Translations under genes and position numbers: made by a program
Shown: in pieces, positions 34,329 to 44,983 of the stretch
Numbering within the stretch: position 1 is the first letter of the stretch
Layout of the letters: every line of letters begins with the position of its first letter
Notes under the pieces: generated by a model
What the model was told of the DNA's origin: nothing
What the model saw: the letters and a program-made list of their open reading frames with translations, nothing else
Databases searched by the model: none
From: an uncultured delta proteobacterium
GTDB lineage: Bacteria > Desulfobacterota > Binatia > UBA9968
Length of the DNA: 64,000 nucleotides
Assembly (NCBI GenBank): GCA_963840855.1
Contig: CAWJBB010000033.1
Location: 62,628-126,627, forward strand
Direction of reading: 5' to 3'

Positions 34329-34791
34329 CGTCGGGCAGTGGCCGTCGCTCGCCCGCTTCCGAGTGGACGGGGTCCACAACCCCACGGGCATCGGGCCTTT
34401 TCACGGGCTACAACACTGCGACCGCGAGTAAAGGCCAGTGACCAAACAGATGCGCGCCCCAAACGGTCGTCGCCTCTTTGCGTCACCGCGTGGCAATTCG
34501 AAGCGAGTCAGCCCAGTAATAGCGGCCATGGTGTCTTGTGGGTCATTCCTCTTATGTCAGCCGCGTACGAACCTATTTGACGGTCTTCGAAGAATTTGGG
34601 CTCAAAGAGGCTCTTGGAAGGCGGGGACCATGTTGATAGGAACATGCTGGAGATTGGCTGTGGTGCCAGATGCCTCACTCGATCTTTTGCTTGCACCAGG
34701 ATATGGGGTTTCACGACCACCACTGCCCGCTGAGCATCGGAATAAAGCTCATCAAGCAAACTATTCATAAGTCGCTCAAAGTAGTGCCCTG

Positions 34792-36437
34792 ATGCAGAGG
34801 AAAGCCCTTTCCAATGAGATTGCTACTGGTATTGCGGTCACACTCGTGGGTTTTGCGATCCTTGAGGCTCTGCTGAGGATCGCATATTTTGTGCGGAATT
34901 CGATGGTTGATTATATTCCCTTAGTCTACGATATCCGCGACGAGTATGGAGTTGCTCCCCCTTGGCTGGATGGCTTCAGGATTCTTGAGCGAGACAAAGT
35001 CTTACTCTGGAAAAATCGACCGAACGTTCAGGGGCGATATCTTGACGTCTTCACCCCCGTTAACACGGAAGAGGAGCGTGTTTCTCTGCGCCGCCAGTTC
35101 TTCCCGCGTATTCCTGATTCGCTAAAAGCAAACCCGACGTGGAAGATTTCCCTAAACTCGGAAGGGTTCCGGGACGTGGAGTTTGCGAAGGCAAAATCCG
35201 CTTCTAGCTTTCGGATCATCTGCCTCGGGGATTCCTGGACCTTCGGGGCGAATGTTGATCAAATAAACGCCTACCCCCGCCAGTTGATGGCCATGCTCAA
35301 CCGGGATTTTTTGCAGGGAAACTTCGAAGTCTTCAACCTCGGGGTAATGGGCTACTCTTCTTATCAGGGTTTGGAACTCATGAGGCGGAGCGCCATCAAC
35401 TTGAATCCCGATGTGGTCGTGATTGGCTTCGGGATGAACGATTCTAGGGTGGCCGGATACCGCGACAAGGATTTGTCCCGCGGCCCAGCGCTCTCAAGCA
35501 ACTGGATTCATCAATCCCTAGAAAATATAGAATTCTATAAGTTGTTACGATATCTGGTCCTGGTCCTAAAGAACAAGCCAACGTCAATCGGCGATGGCCT
35601 AAAGGCAGAGGCTGAGAGCGCTCGTACCGGGGACGACGTGTTAGCGAGGAGACGCTTCGGCAAATCAGGTTACGAGGACGTTGAATCCTGGACGCGTGTC
35701 TCACTCGGCGACTACGAGAACAACTCCTCGAGATGATTAATTTAGCGAGGAACCAAGGGGCTGGTGTTATTCTCCTCTACAACGAACTTTGGACTGAGAG
35801 TCCCTACCGAACCGTGCTTGAGAAAATTTCCAGAACTAAAGGAGTGCCGTTCGTGGACAGCAGTGCTTTGATCGTAGCGGCACAAAAGAAGATCGAGGAG
35901 GAGTTAGAGAAGAAATTAGATCTTCGCCCTCGTAAGCCTCAAAGAGGCAACGCTGATGACGAAATCGAAGTTATCTTTCGGGTGTTTGCTGATAAATGGT
36001 CTGTGCCAAACGCGATGTACATTGCGGGAAACCATCCGAAGCTGGGCAATCTAGCACCCAACAAGATTGCCATGTATGACGATGGAACACACGGAGATCA
36101 AAGGGCGGGAGACCATGTCTGGTCTTATTCAGCGACATTTACGCCAGGGACAAACCTCTTCCATGTTTACACCAAGGGTGCAGAAGAGGGGAAATGGGAA
36201 GGCTTGGATGTTCCACATATTAGGGGTTTCACGGTCGCCGCTCAAAACGGCGAGGCAAAACTTTACAGGCCTATCGAATCCTTCGGAAGGATTTATATGC
36301 AGGCTGATCCATGGCACACGAACGTCGTTGGGTACGAGTTGATTGCTAAGGCCTTACTAGACGTCCTGAAGGAAAACGACAAGGTAAAAGACTATCTTCG
36401 ACAAGCTAAATCAAACGGCTTAAAGTCGATCCCATAG
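34792..36437 (+). CDS. SGNH/GDSL hydrolase with an inserted carbohydrate-binding-like domain, frameshift near 35725
   Basis: CLGDSWTFG, NLGVMGYS, GMND and DPWH motifs; inserted YIAGNHPKLG and MYDDGTHGD...D..W segments. Confidence 0.78.
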
Positions 36438-36440
36438 AGA

Positions 36441-36929
36441 TCCAACTACCTGAGGTATATTGATTTGCCCCAACGGTCCCGGCGTGCCTTTGAGCTCGCT
36501 GCGAATATCCACCCAGAAGACTCGACCGGGGATCGTCAGCTGCTGTTAAGGCACCATTGGAAACTTGTACATCCGCATTCTATTGCCGGATCGCCCGCCT
36601 CCTATCAGCAATACATCAAGCGTTCACGTGCCGAGCTCCTTTGTCCAAAACCGATACATAGACAACTTAAGTCGGGTTGGTTTAGCGACCGGAGCGCTGG
36701 TTATCTCGCTAGCGGCCGGCCGGTGCTCGCGGAAGATACAGGTTTCAGTGACCATTTGCCTACGGGCCGCGGATTGCTGTGTTTTAATGATTTGGAAGAG
36801 GCTGTTGCCGGAGTCGCGGAGATCGACCGCAACTACTCGGAGCACATGCGCGCCGCCCGCGAACTGGCGGAGGAATATTTCAATTCCCAAAAATCGCTTC
36901 CGGCCATGCTTTCCGCATGTGGCTGTTAA
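36441..36929 (+). pseudogene. C-terminal fragment of a paralog of the GT at 28069
   Basis: YLRYIDLPQ...SGWFSDRSAGYLASGRPVLAEDTGF...AEEYF; begins directly after the SGNH stop with no N-terminal half. Confidence 0.75.
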
Positions 36930-36987
36930 TTCCGCGCAAGGCTGGAGCGACTTAAATAATATAAAACCGGTGCACTACTGATATCGG

Positions 36988-38869
36988 TTATCCAGCCATC
37001 GCAGCGACTTTGTCGCGCATAGGAACGCCACTGCTACGTCGCGCCGATTCGGGCACGGCGGTCACTTCCACGATGGAGGAGGGCCCGCTCCCATTGGACC
37101 GTACCAGAAGCTGGCGAGCGTGGAAGGCACGTAGCGTCGCGCGATGGCCCACGCTGAACACGGTCGTCCCCGCGAGCCGCTCGCGCACCAGCCGATAGAG
37201 GCGGCGCCTCCGTAGCCTCATCCACCGCCGAGGTCGCCTCGTCGAGGAAGAGCCAATCCGGCTTCTGGACGAGCGCGCGAGCAAAGGCGATGCGTTGCTG
37301 TTCGCCGGGGGAAAGTTGAAGCGCCCAATGGCCGGCCTCGTCGAGCCGCTCGGCCAGCTCAGGGAGCCCCACTGCCTCCAGCGCCTCGCCCAGTGTCGCG
37401 TCGTCCACGCCGCCTGTTGGCATCGGATAACTCACCACTTCCCGGAGCGTGCCGATCGGCAGGTAGGGCTTCTGCGGCAGAAAGAGGATCCGGGCGTCGC
37501 GCGACCCGCGGATCTCGCCGTGCCCAAACGGCCAGATTCCGGCGATCGCACGGAGGAGCGTACTCTTCCCCGAACCCGAAGCTCCTCCCAGGAGAACGGT
37601 GTCTCCGCGCAAGAGCGAGAGATTCACATCCGCGATGAGCGGCTGTCCATCGGGGAGATAGAGATCCACACCCTCCACTGTCAAGTGGGTGGCGTCCCCG
37701 TCGACGCGCCGGACGCCGCCGCCGGTCGCCGCCTGGATGCGCACGCGCTCTAGCGCGCGCTCGAACCCGGAGAGCCGCTCCACCACCGAGCACCATGCAG
37801 CGATCTCCTTATACGAGTTGACAAAGAAGCTGAGCGAATCCTGTACCTGGCTGAAGGCCCCGATGGTCTGCATGAGCCCTCCGAGCGCAAGCTCGCCCCG
37901 GAAATAGCGCGGCGCCGCGACGACGGACGGGAAAATCCACGCCGCTTGTCCATAGCCGGCAGTGAAGTAGGTCAGCCGTTTCTGCCGGCGCATGATGTTC
38001 CACCAGTTCGCAACCACCGCCTCGAATCGTTCGCGGAAACCACGGAACTCGTCCGCCTCGCCGCGGTAGAGCGCTACACCCTCGGTGTTCTCGCGGAAGC
38101 GGACTAGGCCGAAACGGAAGTCGGCTTCACAACGCTGCTTGTCGAAGTTCAGCCGCACAAGCGGGCGACCGATCCAGTGAGTGAGCCATGTGCCGGCGAT
38201 AGCGTACACGAGGGCCGCCCATACCAAGTAGCCGGGCAAGGTGAGCGGAGGACCCGCCAAGGGGGACGGTGAGCGTTCCGGAGAGCGCCCAGAGGATCGC
38301 CACAAAGGTGACCAAAGTTACCAGCCGCGCGCAAGCCTCCCATGAGGAGAGCGAGGGTGTGGGAAATAAGGAGGTGAACGTCTTCGGCGATGCGCTGGTC
38401 GGGATTGTCGGTTTCAGCCGCCACGAGTTGCATCCGATAGTAGGCACCGTCGGCCAACCAAGCGCGGAGGTAACGTTCGGTAAGCCAGCGCCGCCAGCGG
38501 ATCTCGAGCATCTGGTTAAGGTAAAGCTGGTAGACGGCGAACAGGATGATAAAGGCCCACAAGCCAGCAGACGCGGATCAGCTGTTGGAGAAAGATTGTT
38601 TGGTTTTTGTTCTGCAGGGCGGTGAAAAAGGCGTTATTCCACTGATTGAAGAGAACATTGATGTAAACCATGCCGAGGGTGAGTGCGACGACGACGAGGA
38701 GCAGCCCCCAGGCCGCCCAGCGGTCCTCCGAGGACCAGTACGGGCGGATCATGGCCCATGCGGTAGGAAGCAGTCGGCGCAGGCGAGTTGTGGCTGGATC
38801 TTCCGCGCGATTGAGAGCGATCGCGCTAGTTGGGCCTATGCTGGCGCGACCAACGACCGGATGGACCAT
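36988..38869 (-). CDS. ABC transporter permease/ATPase, YddA/BacA-like (ABCD-type), frameshifted
   Basis: PYWSSEDR, DNPDQRIAED, EADFRFGLVRFRENTE, GASGSGKST, LSPGEQQR and FLDEATS motifs. Confidence 0.85.
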
Positions 38870-38912
38870 TCGTCCCTGCCGATCACCAATGGCAGAATTT
38901 TTCGATTCGTTC

Positions 38913-40026
38913 TTATTGTTCCGTTGCCTGCGCACTAGTCACCTCCGCAGACTCTTTATGTGTTACTTTTCCGTTTGGCGATTCGCCGATTTCTCGTAAC
39001 AAGACCGCCAAAGTAGCTGCTCGTGCCTGCCTGTTGGAGACGACTGAGCCCGCTGTGATACATACGGCATCCCACAGAGGATTCGCGCTACTATCCACAG
39101 ACTTCCGCCAATCAATGTTTTCGAGGAGCTTAAGTTTTTGTTGCCAATCATCGGGATATTTTTCGAGCAACGTTCTGCCGACGCCACCGAGAGCACGTAA
39201 AACGACCGCATGAGTATTGATTTTGTCCTGACGGAGTTCGGAAGCGCTCAATTCTCCACTTTTGACTTTCTGCCACTCGTCGATGATGTTCGAAAGCTCG
39301 GTCCAGTATTCGACAGCAGTCTTCAGCGCTGCTTTATAGCCCGGCGACCCCGGTTTATCGATGTTTCTACCCAGCAGCTCTTCATTCGCCTCGTATAAAG
39401 CTGCAATTGTAAAAAGCTTAGGCGACCTGAGCGGGATCGTAACCTTCTCTTTGTCCACTGTGCCTCGAAATACATCCACCCGCTCTGTTACTTCCATGGT
39501 TATTGAAGAAAGGCTATCTCGATGATCATAGAGAATACCCAGCGACTTTGAGGTCTGCTGCACGAACCGATTTAGATCTGAAAACATTTGTTGCAGCCGC
39601 TCCAAACTTTCCGTCTCAAAGAGGAGCACCGAAATTTTTTCCTTGCCAAGCGCAGGATTCTCTTTGAGTGCAGCGGCGATCGCGGCGCAACGATGCTGGC
39701 CATCGTTGATAATGAACTCAATGTTTTCCAGCTCCATTTCTAACTCGCCAACGTCGGGGTTTCCTGTTGAAGGGACGAATTTCACAGGACACGAGTAGGA
39801 CGCTGTGATCGACGAAAAGAGATATCCGTTTCCATTATCCAATATGTATTTCGCGATATCCGGAACCCGTCCTTTATTCAGAACTCTTTGCGCGCGCAGC
39901 TCCGGAGTGACACTTTTCCCAATCGTTGAATTTAAACAAACGAGGAATTTCTGAAAGCGAAATCAGCAACGAATAGTAATGCCGCCAACCCATATTTCCC
40001 CGCATAACTGGAAAACTAACTTTCAT
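38913..40026 (-). CDS. dndB: DNA sulfur modification protein DndB / DGQHR domain protein, frameshift near 39915
   Basis: INDGQHR, RAQR.LN..RV..IA.YI, YLFSSITAS and QQMFSDLN motifs; ATG 40026 with GGAGG upstream. Confidence 0.85.
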
Positions 40027-40063
40027 GACTGGACAAAACCTCCGCATTCTATCTTGCTCGGGA

Positions 40064-40179
40064 GAGCTGGAACATATCAGCCATACAGCTCTATGTCAAT
40101 GAGTCAACAGCTGTTTTCCCAGAACGGACCAGCTGTGGACAGGTAGCAATACAGCTCCAGCTGGACAATAGCCGAGCTG
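40064..40179. repeat. Six SAGCTS sites phased at exactly 22 bp
   Basis: AGCT cores start at 40065, 40087, 40109, 40131, 40153 and 40175. Confidence 0.85.
40071..40099 (-). promoter_or_regulatory. Sigma70 promoter of dndB
   Basis: TTGACA-N17-TATGTT with an extended -10 TGn on the minus strand. Confidence 0.7.
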
Positions 40180-40394
40180 TGCACGCTTTCGGCGTCCCCT
40201 CTCGGACAGGGCTTTTGGCATGCTAACTATGCAATTTAAATACTAATTTATGTAGGGGGGACGTGCCAGCTCTAGTAGACTCTTCGCGGTATGCCGCTGC
40301 CGCCGCCGCTTTCGCACGCGATTTCTTGATTCAGACCTCGTGTTGCGTCGGCTTCTAGAGCTCGTCTGTATGTAAGATCCTTCAGCCGTCTATC

Positions 40395-41249
40395 TCATCG
40401 GTTGGATAACGCGGTCTCCGATCCTTTCGTATTCGTCGCCGGCTGCGCGGAAGCAGTATTCGACGCCGAGTCGTTTGACGATGCTTTCATCCCGTCGAAA
40501 AGCAGCCTCATGACATCGACGGGAATGGGCACTACGACGGTGTGGTTATTTTCCGCCGCAACCTGAACCAGACTTTGGAGGAAGCGCAAATGGATCGCGG
40601 TTGGCTGCTTGGCGATGGTTTCCGCGGCGTCCGCCAGTTTCTGTGAGGCCTGGAATTCGCCTTCGGCGTGAATTATCTTTGCCCGCCTTTCTCTTTCCGC
40701 CTCCGCTTGTTTGGCCATGGCGCGCTGCATCTCTTGCGGCAGATCGATATGCTTGAGCTCTACCAAAACCACTTTGATGCCCCAGGGCTCGGTTTCAGCG
40801 TCTAATATTTCCTGAATGCGCGAATTGAGCCTATCTCGCTGCGAAAGAAGTTCGTCCAACTCGGCCTGGCCGCAAACGCTGCGCAATTCTACTTGCGCTA
40901 ACTGCGACGTGGCATACAGATAATTCACAACTTCTCGAATGGCGCGGTTCGGGTCGAGCACTCTGAAATAGAGGACCGCGCTCACTTTTACCGAGACGTT
41001 GTCCCTCGTGATCACATCTTGGGGAGGCACGTCCATTGTCACCGTGCGCAAATCCACGCGGACCATTTTTTCGACGATGGGGATAACATAAGTGATGCCC
41101 GGCCCGCGCGTCGGAACCATGCGCCCGAGGCGAAAGATCACGGCTCGATCGTATTCTTTAAGAATCTTGATGCCGCTGATCAAAAATACCGCGGCGATGA
41201 CGAGCGCGCTGCCCGCGGGTCCTAACAGTTGTCCGATAATCTCTAGCAT
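40395..41249 (-). CDS. SPFH/band 7 (stomatin-like, slipin) protein
   Basis: [21 protein letters not shown] and [16 protein letters not shown] motifs. Confidence 0.92.
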   Translation of the reverse strand: MLEIIGQLLGPAGSALVIAAVFLISGIKILKEYDRAVIFRLGRMVPTRGPGITYVIPIVEKMVRVDLRTVTMDVPPQDVITRDNVSVKVSAVLYFRVLDPNRAIREVVNYLYATSQLAQVELRSVCGQAELDELLSQRDRLNSRIQEILDAETEPWGIKVVLVELKHIDLPQEMQRAMAKQAEAERERRAKIIHAEGEFQASQKLADAAETIAKQPTAIHLRFLQSLVQVAAENNHTVVVPIPVDVMRLLFDGMKASSNDSASNTASAQPATNTKGSETALSNR

Positions 41250-41302
41250 GAAACACGCCTCCCGGCTCCCATGACCCGGCGCGACATCTCTTCCTTCAAT
41301 CA

Positions 41303-41319
41303 CGCGATATACGTGCCAA
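41303..41319 (-). promoter_or_regulatory. Sigma54-type promoter of the SPFH gene
   Basis: TTGGCACGTATATCGCG on the minus strand (GG-N10-GC). Confidence 0.6.
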
Positions 41320-41504
41320 AAGGGAAATTTGCCGCGCCGCTCGGCGTCAGATGCCTCAGCTTAGCAGGTTACACGGTCGAATGCAGGCTCATGATTCCTG
41401 GCCGCGCGCATCGAGGCTGTGGCAAAGCGCGCAGCAAGTTTGATATTCAAGCCTCGACGCCGGATGCGACCGCCACTGTTCGGGTTCTCCCGCTGCTACC
41501 CGCG

Positions 41505-43863
41505 CTACTTCCAATCGCGCACTTCAGGCATGTCTTCGCCGTGGCGCGTGATGTAGTGCGAGTGTTCCGTTAGCTTGTCGCGCATGAGCTGTTTGAGATA
41601 GGCCGCGCGGTAACCCAACTTGGGCACCCGGTTGACCACGTCCATCACCAGATGGAAGCGGTCGAGATCGTTTCTCACCGCCATGTCGAAAGGCGTCGTC
41701 GTTGTGCCTTCTTCTTTATAGCCGCGCACGTGCAAATTTTTATGATTGGTACGCCGGTAGGTGAGGCGGTGAATCAGCCAGGGATAGCCATGATACGCGA
41801 AAATAACCGGTTTGTCCGTGGTGAACAGGCTGTCAAAATCCCAGCGGGTAGCCCTTGAGGATGCTCGCTCGCGCGGCTGCAGCGTCATCAAATCCACGAT
41901 ATTGATCATTCTGATTTTTAATTCCGGCGCATGCTGGCGCAAAAGCTCGATGGCCGCCAGGATTTCCACCGTAGGGCACGTCGCCGGCGGCGGCCATGAC
42001 GACATCGGGTTCGCCGGCCGGTCGTTGCTCGCCCAGTCCCAGATGCCAATGCCGGTGGCGCAGTGCTTGATCGCCTGAATCGATATTGAGCCACTGAGGC
42101 TGTGGTTGCTTGCCGGCGACGATGACGTTGACGAAGTTGCGCGAGCGCAGGCACCAATCGGTAATATAGAGCAGCGTGTTGGCGTCCGGCGGCGAGAAAA
42201 ACACGGATGATGTCGGCTTTCTTGTTCACGACGAGATCGATGAAACCTGGGTACTGATGGGAAAAACCGTTGTGGTCTTGGCGCCAGACATGGGAGGTAA
42301 GAAGGATAGTTCAACGAAGCAATGGGGCGGCGCCAGGGGATTTCTTTGGCGACTTTGAGCCATTTGGAGTGCTGATTGAACATCGAATCGACGATGTGGA
42401 TAAACGCCTCGTAGCAGGAGAATAATCCATGCCGCCCGGTGAGCAGATAACCTTCGAGCCAGCCCTGGCAGGTATGCTCGAAGAGAGAATTTCCATCACC
42501 CGGCCGTCCGGAGCGAGATGATCATCTTCGGGGATTGTTTCCGCCAACCATGTTCGAGCTGTGGCCTCGAACAGAGCGTCGAGCCGGTTCGAGGCAGTCT
42601 CGTCGGGACCGACGACGCGGAAGTTGCGCGACGCTGAATTCAACTTCATCACGTCGCGCAAGTAGTTGCCCATGACGCGGGTCGATTCCGCTTGCGCACC
42701 GCCAGGTTCAGCTACCTTGATGGCGTAGTCGTCGAAAGTCCGGCAATTTGAGATCTCGCAGCAGCATGCCGCCGTTGGCGTGCGGATTGCCGCCCATGCG
42801 CCGCGCGCCTTCAGGCGCCAGGGCGCGCAGATGCGCTTTCGGCTGCCATCTTCGTCGAACAGTTCATCCGGCCGGTAGCCCTTCATCCAGTCTTCCAGCA
42901 GCTTGAGATGGTTATTGTTGGAGGCCATGTCGGCGACAGGCACTTGGTGCGAACGCCAATGGCCTTCGGTTGATCTTGCCGTCCACCTCCTTGGGTCCCG
43001 TCCAACCCTTGGGTGTTTTAAGCACGATCATCGGCCAGCGTGGCCGCTCGACCTTGGCGTCGTCGCGGGCGGCTCGCTGGATCGCGTGAATCTTATCGAA
43101 TATCCGATCTAAGGTTGCCGCCATCGCTTCGTGCACGAGTTCCGGGTTCGCGCCCTCCACCCAGAGAGGGTTCATAGCCGTAGCCGATCAACAGGCTGTC
43201 CAGCTCCGCTCGTGTGATTCGCGCCAGCAAAGTAGGGTTGGCGATTTTGTAACCGTTTAAGTGCAGGATCGGCAGCACCGCGCCGTCGCGCGCCGGGTTC
43301 AAGAACTTGTTCGAGTGCCAGGCCGCAGCCAGCGGTCCCGTTTCCGCCTCGCCGTCGCCGATGACACAGGCGACGATCAAATCCGGATTATCAAACGCCG
43401 CGCCGAAAGCATGGGCCAGCGAGTAACCGAGTTCGCCGCCTTCATGAATCGATCCCGTCGTTTCTGGCGTCACATGGCTGCCGATACCGCCGGGAAAAGA
43501 GAATTGCTTGAAAAGTTGCTTCATGCCATCGGCGTTTTGCGGCAAGCTAGGATAAAGTTCGGTGTAACTGCCTTCGAGCCAGGTGCTAGCCACGAGCGCC
43601 GGTCCGCCATGGCCGGGGCCGGCGATATAGATCATATTGAGATCGCGCGCTTTGATAATGCGGTTTAAGTGCGCGTAAATAAAATTCAGCCCCGGCGAGG
43701 TGCCCCAGTGGCCGAGCAGCCGCGGTTTGACATGCTCGATCTTGAGCGGGTCCTTGAGGAGCGGATTGTCGAGCAAATAAATCTGTCCGACCGATAAGTA
43801 ATTGGCCGCGCGCCAGTAGGCGTCGATGGCTTTCAGTTCCTGATCGGAAAGCGTCCGTTGCAT
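41505..43863 (-). CDS. xfp: Phosphoketolase (XFP family), several frameshifts
   Basis: [42 protein letters not shown] and [14 protein letters not shown] motifs. Confidence 0.92.
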
Positions 43864-43920
43864 CTATTTTTCTCCCTGCTGCTGCGTGCTTGTCTTTGTA
43901 ATCTTGCACCTCCGTAGTTT

Positions 43921-44104
43921 AAGTCAATGCTTACCGAGGATGCCGGAGAAACATTACAGTCGCAAGGAGGAAAAAAGGAGTCTGATTGAAAAGTTGCTTC
44001 ATGCCATCGGCGTTTTGCGGCAAGCTAGGATAAAGTTCGGTGTAACTGCCTTCGAGCCAGGTAAGTCAATGCTTACCGCGGATGCCGGAGAAACATGCAG
44101 TCGC
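43921..44104. repeat. About 43-bp imperfect direct repeat flanking an exact 77-bp copy of internal xfp sequence
   Basis: 43921-43963 resembles 44063-44104; 43986-44062 is identical to 43508-43584. Confidence 0.85.
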
Positions 44105-44160
44105 CCGGATGAGATTCTAGGGCGCACGTGATACACGGATAATAAGGAGAAACAAAAACC

Positions 44161-44955
44161 ATGAGCTACCGCAACTTTGTTTTTGAGAACAACGATGGCG
44201 TGGCCACGATCCGCCTAAACGAGCCGGAGAAGCTCAACGCGCTGACCTTTGAAGCCTACGGCGATCTAGAAAAGATTTTCGCAGAACTTGCCCATGACGA
44301 TACCGTCAAAGTGGTCGTGTTGACGGGAACGGGCAAAGGGTTTTGTTCCGGTGGCAGCGTCAACGCCACTATTGGCCCGCTGCTCAAAATGAAAGGCGAC
44401 GAACTGTATAAATTCACCCGCATGACCTGCAACGTCGTCAAAAACATGCGTAATTTGAAAAAGCCGATCATCGCCGCAATCAACGGTATCGCCGCCGGCG
44501 CCGGCGCGATGCTCATGCTCGCTGCAGATCTACGGATATTCTCGGACAAGGCGCGGGCAGCTTTTCTGTTCGTAAAAGTCGGCCTGTCGGGCGCCGATAT
44601 GGGCGCCCTTTACTTGCTGCCAAGAATTGTTGGATTGGGCAGAGCAACCGAGCTGGTTTATTTTGGCGATACCATCGACGCGCATGAAGCCTATCGAATC
44701 GGTTTGGCCAACCGCGTCGTACCAGGGGACACTTTGATGGAGGAAGCCTACAAATGGGCGAGGCGCCTGAAGGACGGCCCGCAGTACGCCGTCGGAGTCA
44801 CCAAAGAACTTCTCGACCGTGAAGCCAACGTGGATCTTGAAACAGCCTTGGAAATGGAAGCGAGAGCTCAGGCGAGATGCATGCAAACGCCGGATTTCCT
44901 CGAGGGATACAATGCGTTTGTCGAAAAGCGGCCGCAGTTATTCAACCGCCGATGA
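44161..44955 (+). CDS. Enoyl-CoA hydratase family protein
   Basis: GFCSGG, INGIAAGAG and FVKVGLSGADMG motifs. Confidence 0.9.
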   Translation: MSYRNFVFENNDGVATIRLNEPEKLNALTFEAYGDLEKIFAELAHDDTVKVVVLTGTGKGFCSGGSVNATIGPLLKMKGDELYKFTRMTCNVVKNMRNLKKPIIAAINGIAAGAGAMLMLAADLRIFSDKARAAFLFVKVGLSGADMGALYLLPRIVGLGRATELVYFGDTIDAHEAYRIGLANRVVPGDTLMEEAYKWARRLKDGPQYAVGVTKELLDREANVDLETALEMEARAQARCMQTPDFLEGYNAFVEKRPQLFNRR

Positions 44956-44983
44956 GAAAAATTCGGCTATCATTGGAGGGATC

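Noticed and set aside
38913-40026. Complete DNA phosphorothioation (Dnd) defence system
   Set aside because: Only the DndB-like gene is present; no dndA/C/D/E or dndFGH in the window
43921-44104. Minimal CRISPR array with a self-targeting spacer
   Set aside because: Only two repeats, about 99 bp between them, and no cas genes or leader; kept as a duplication finding instead
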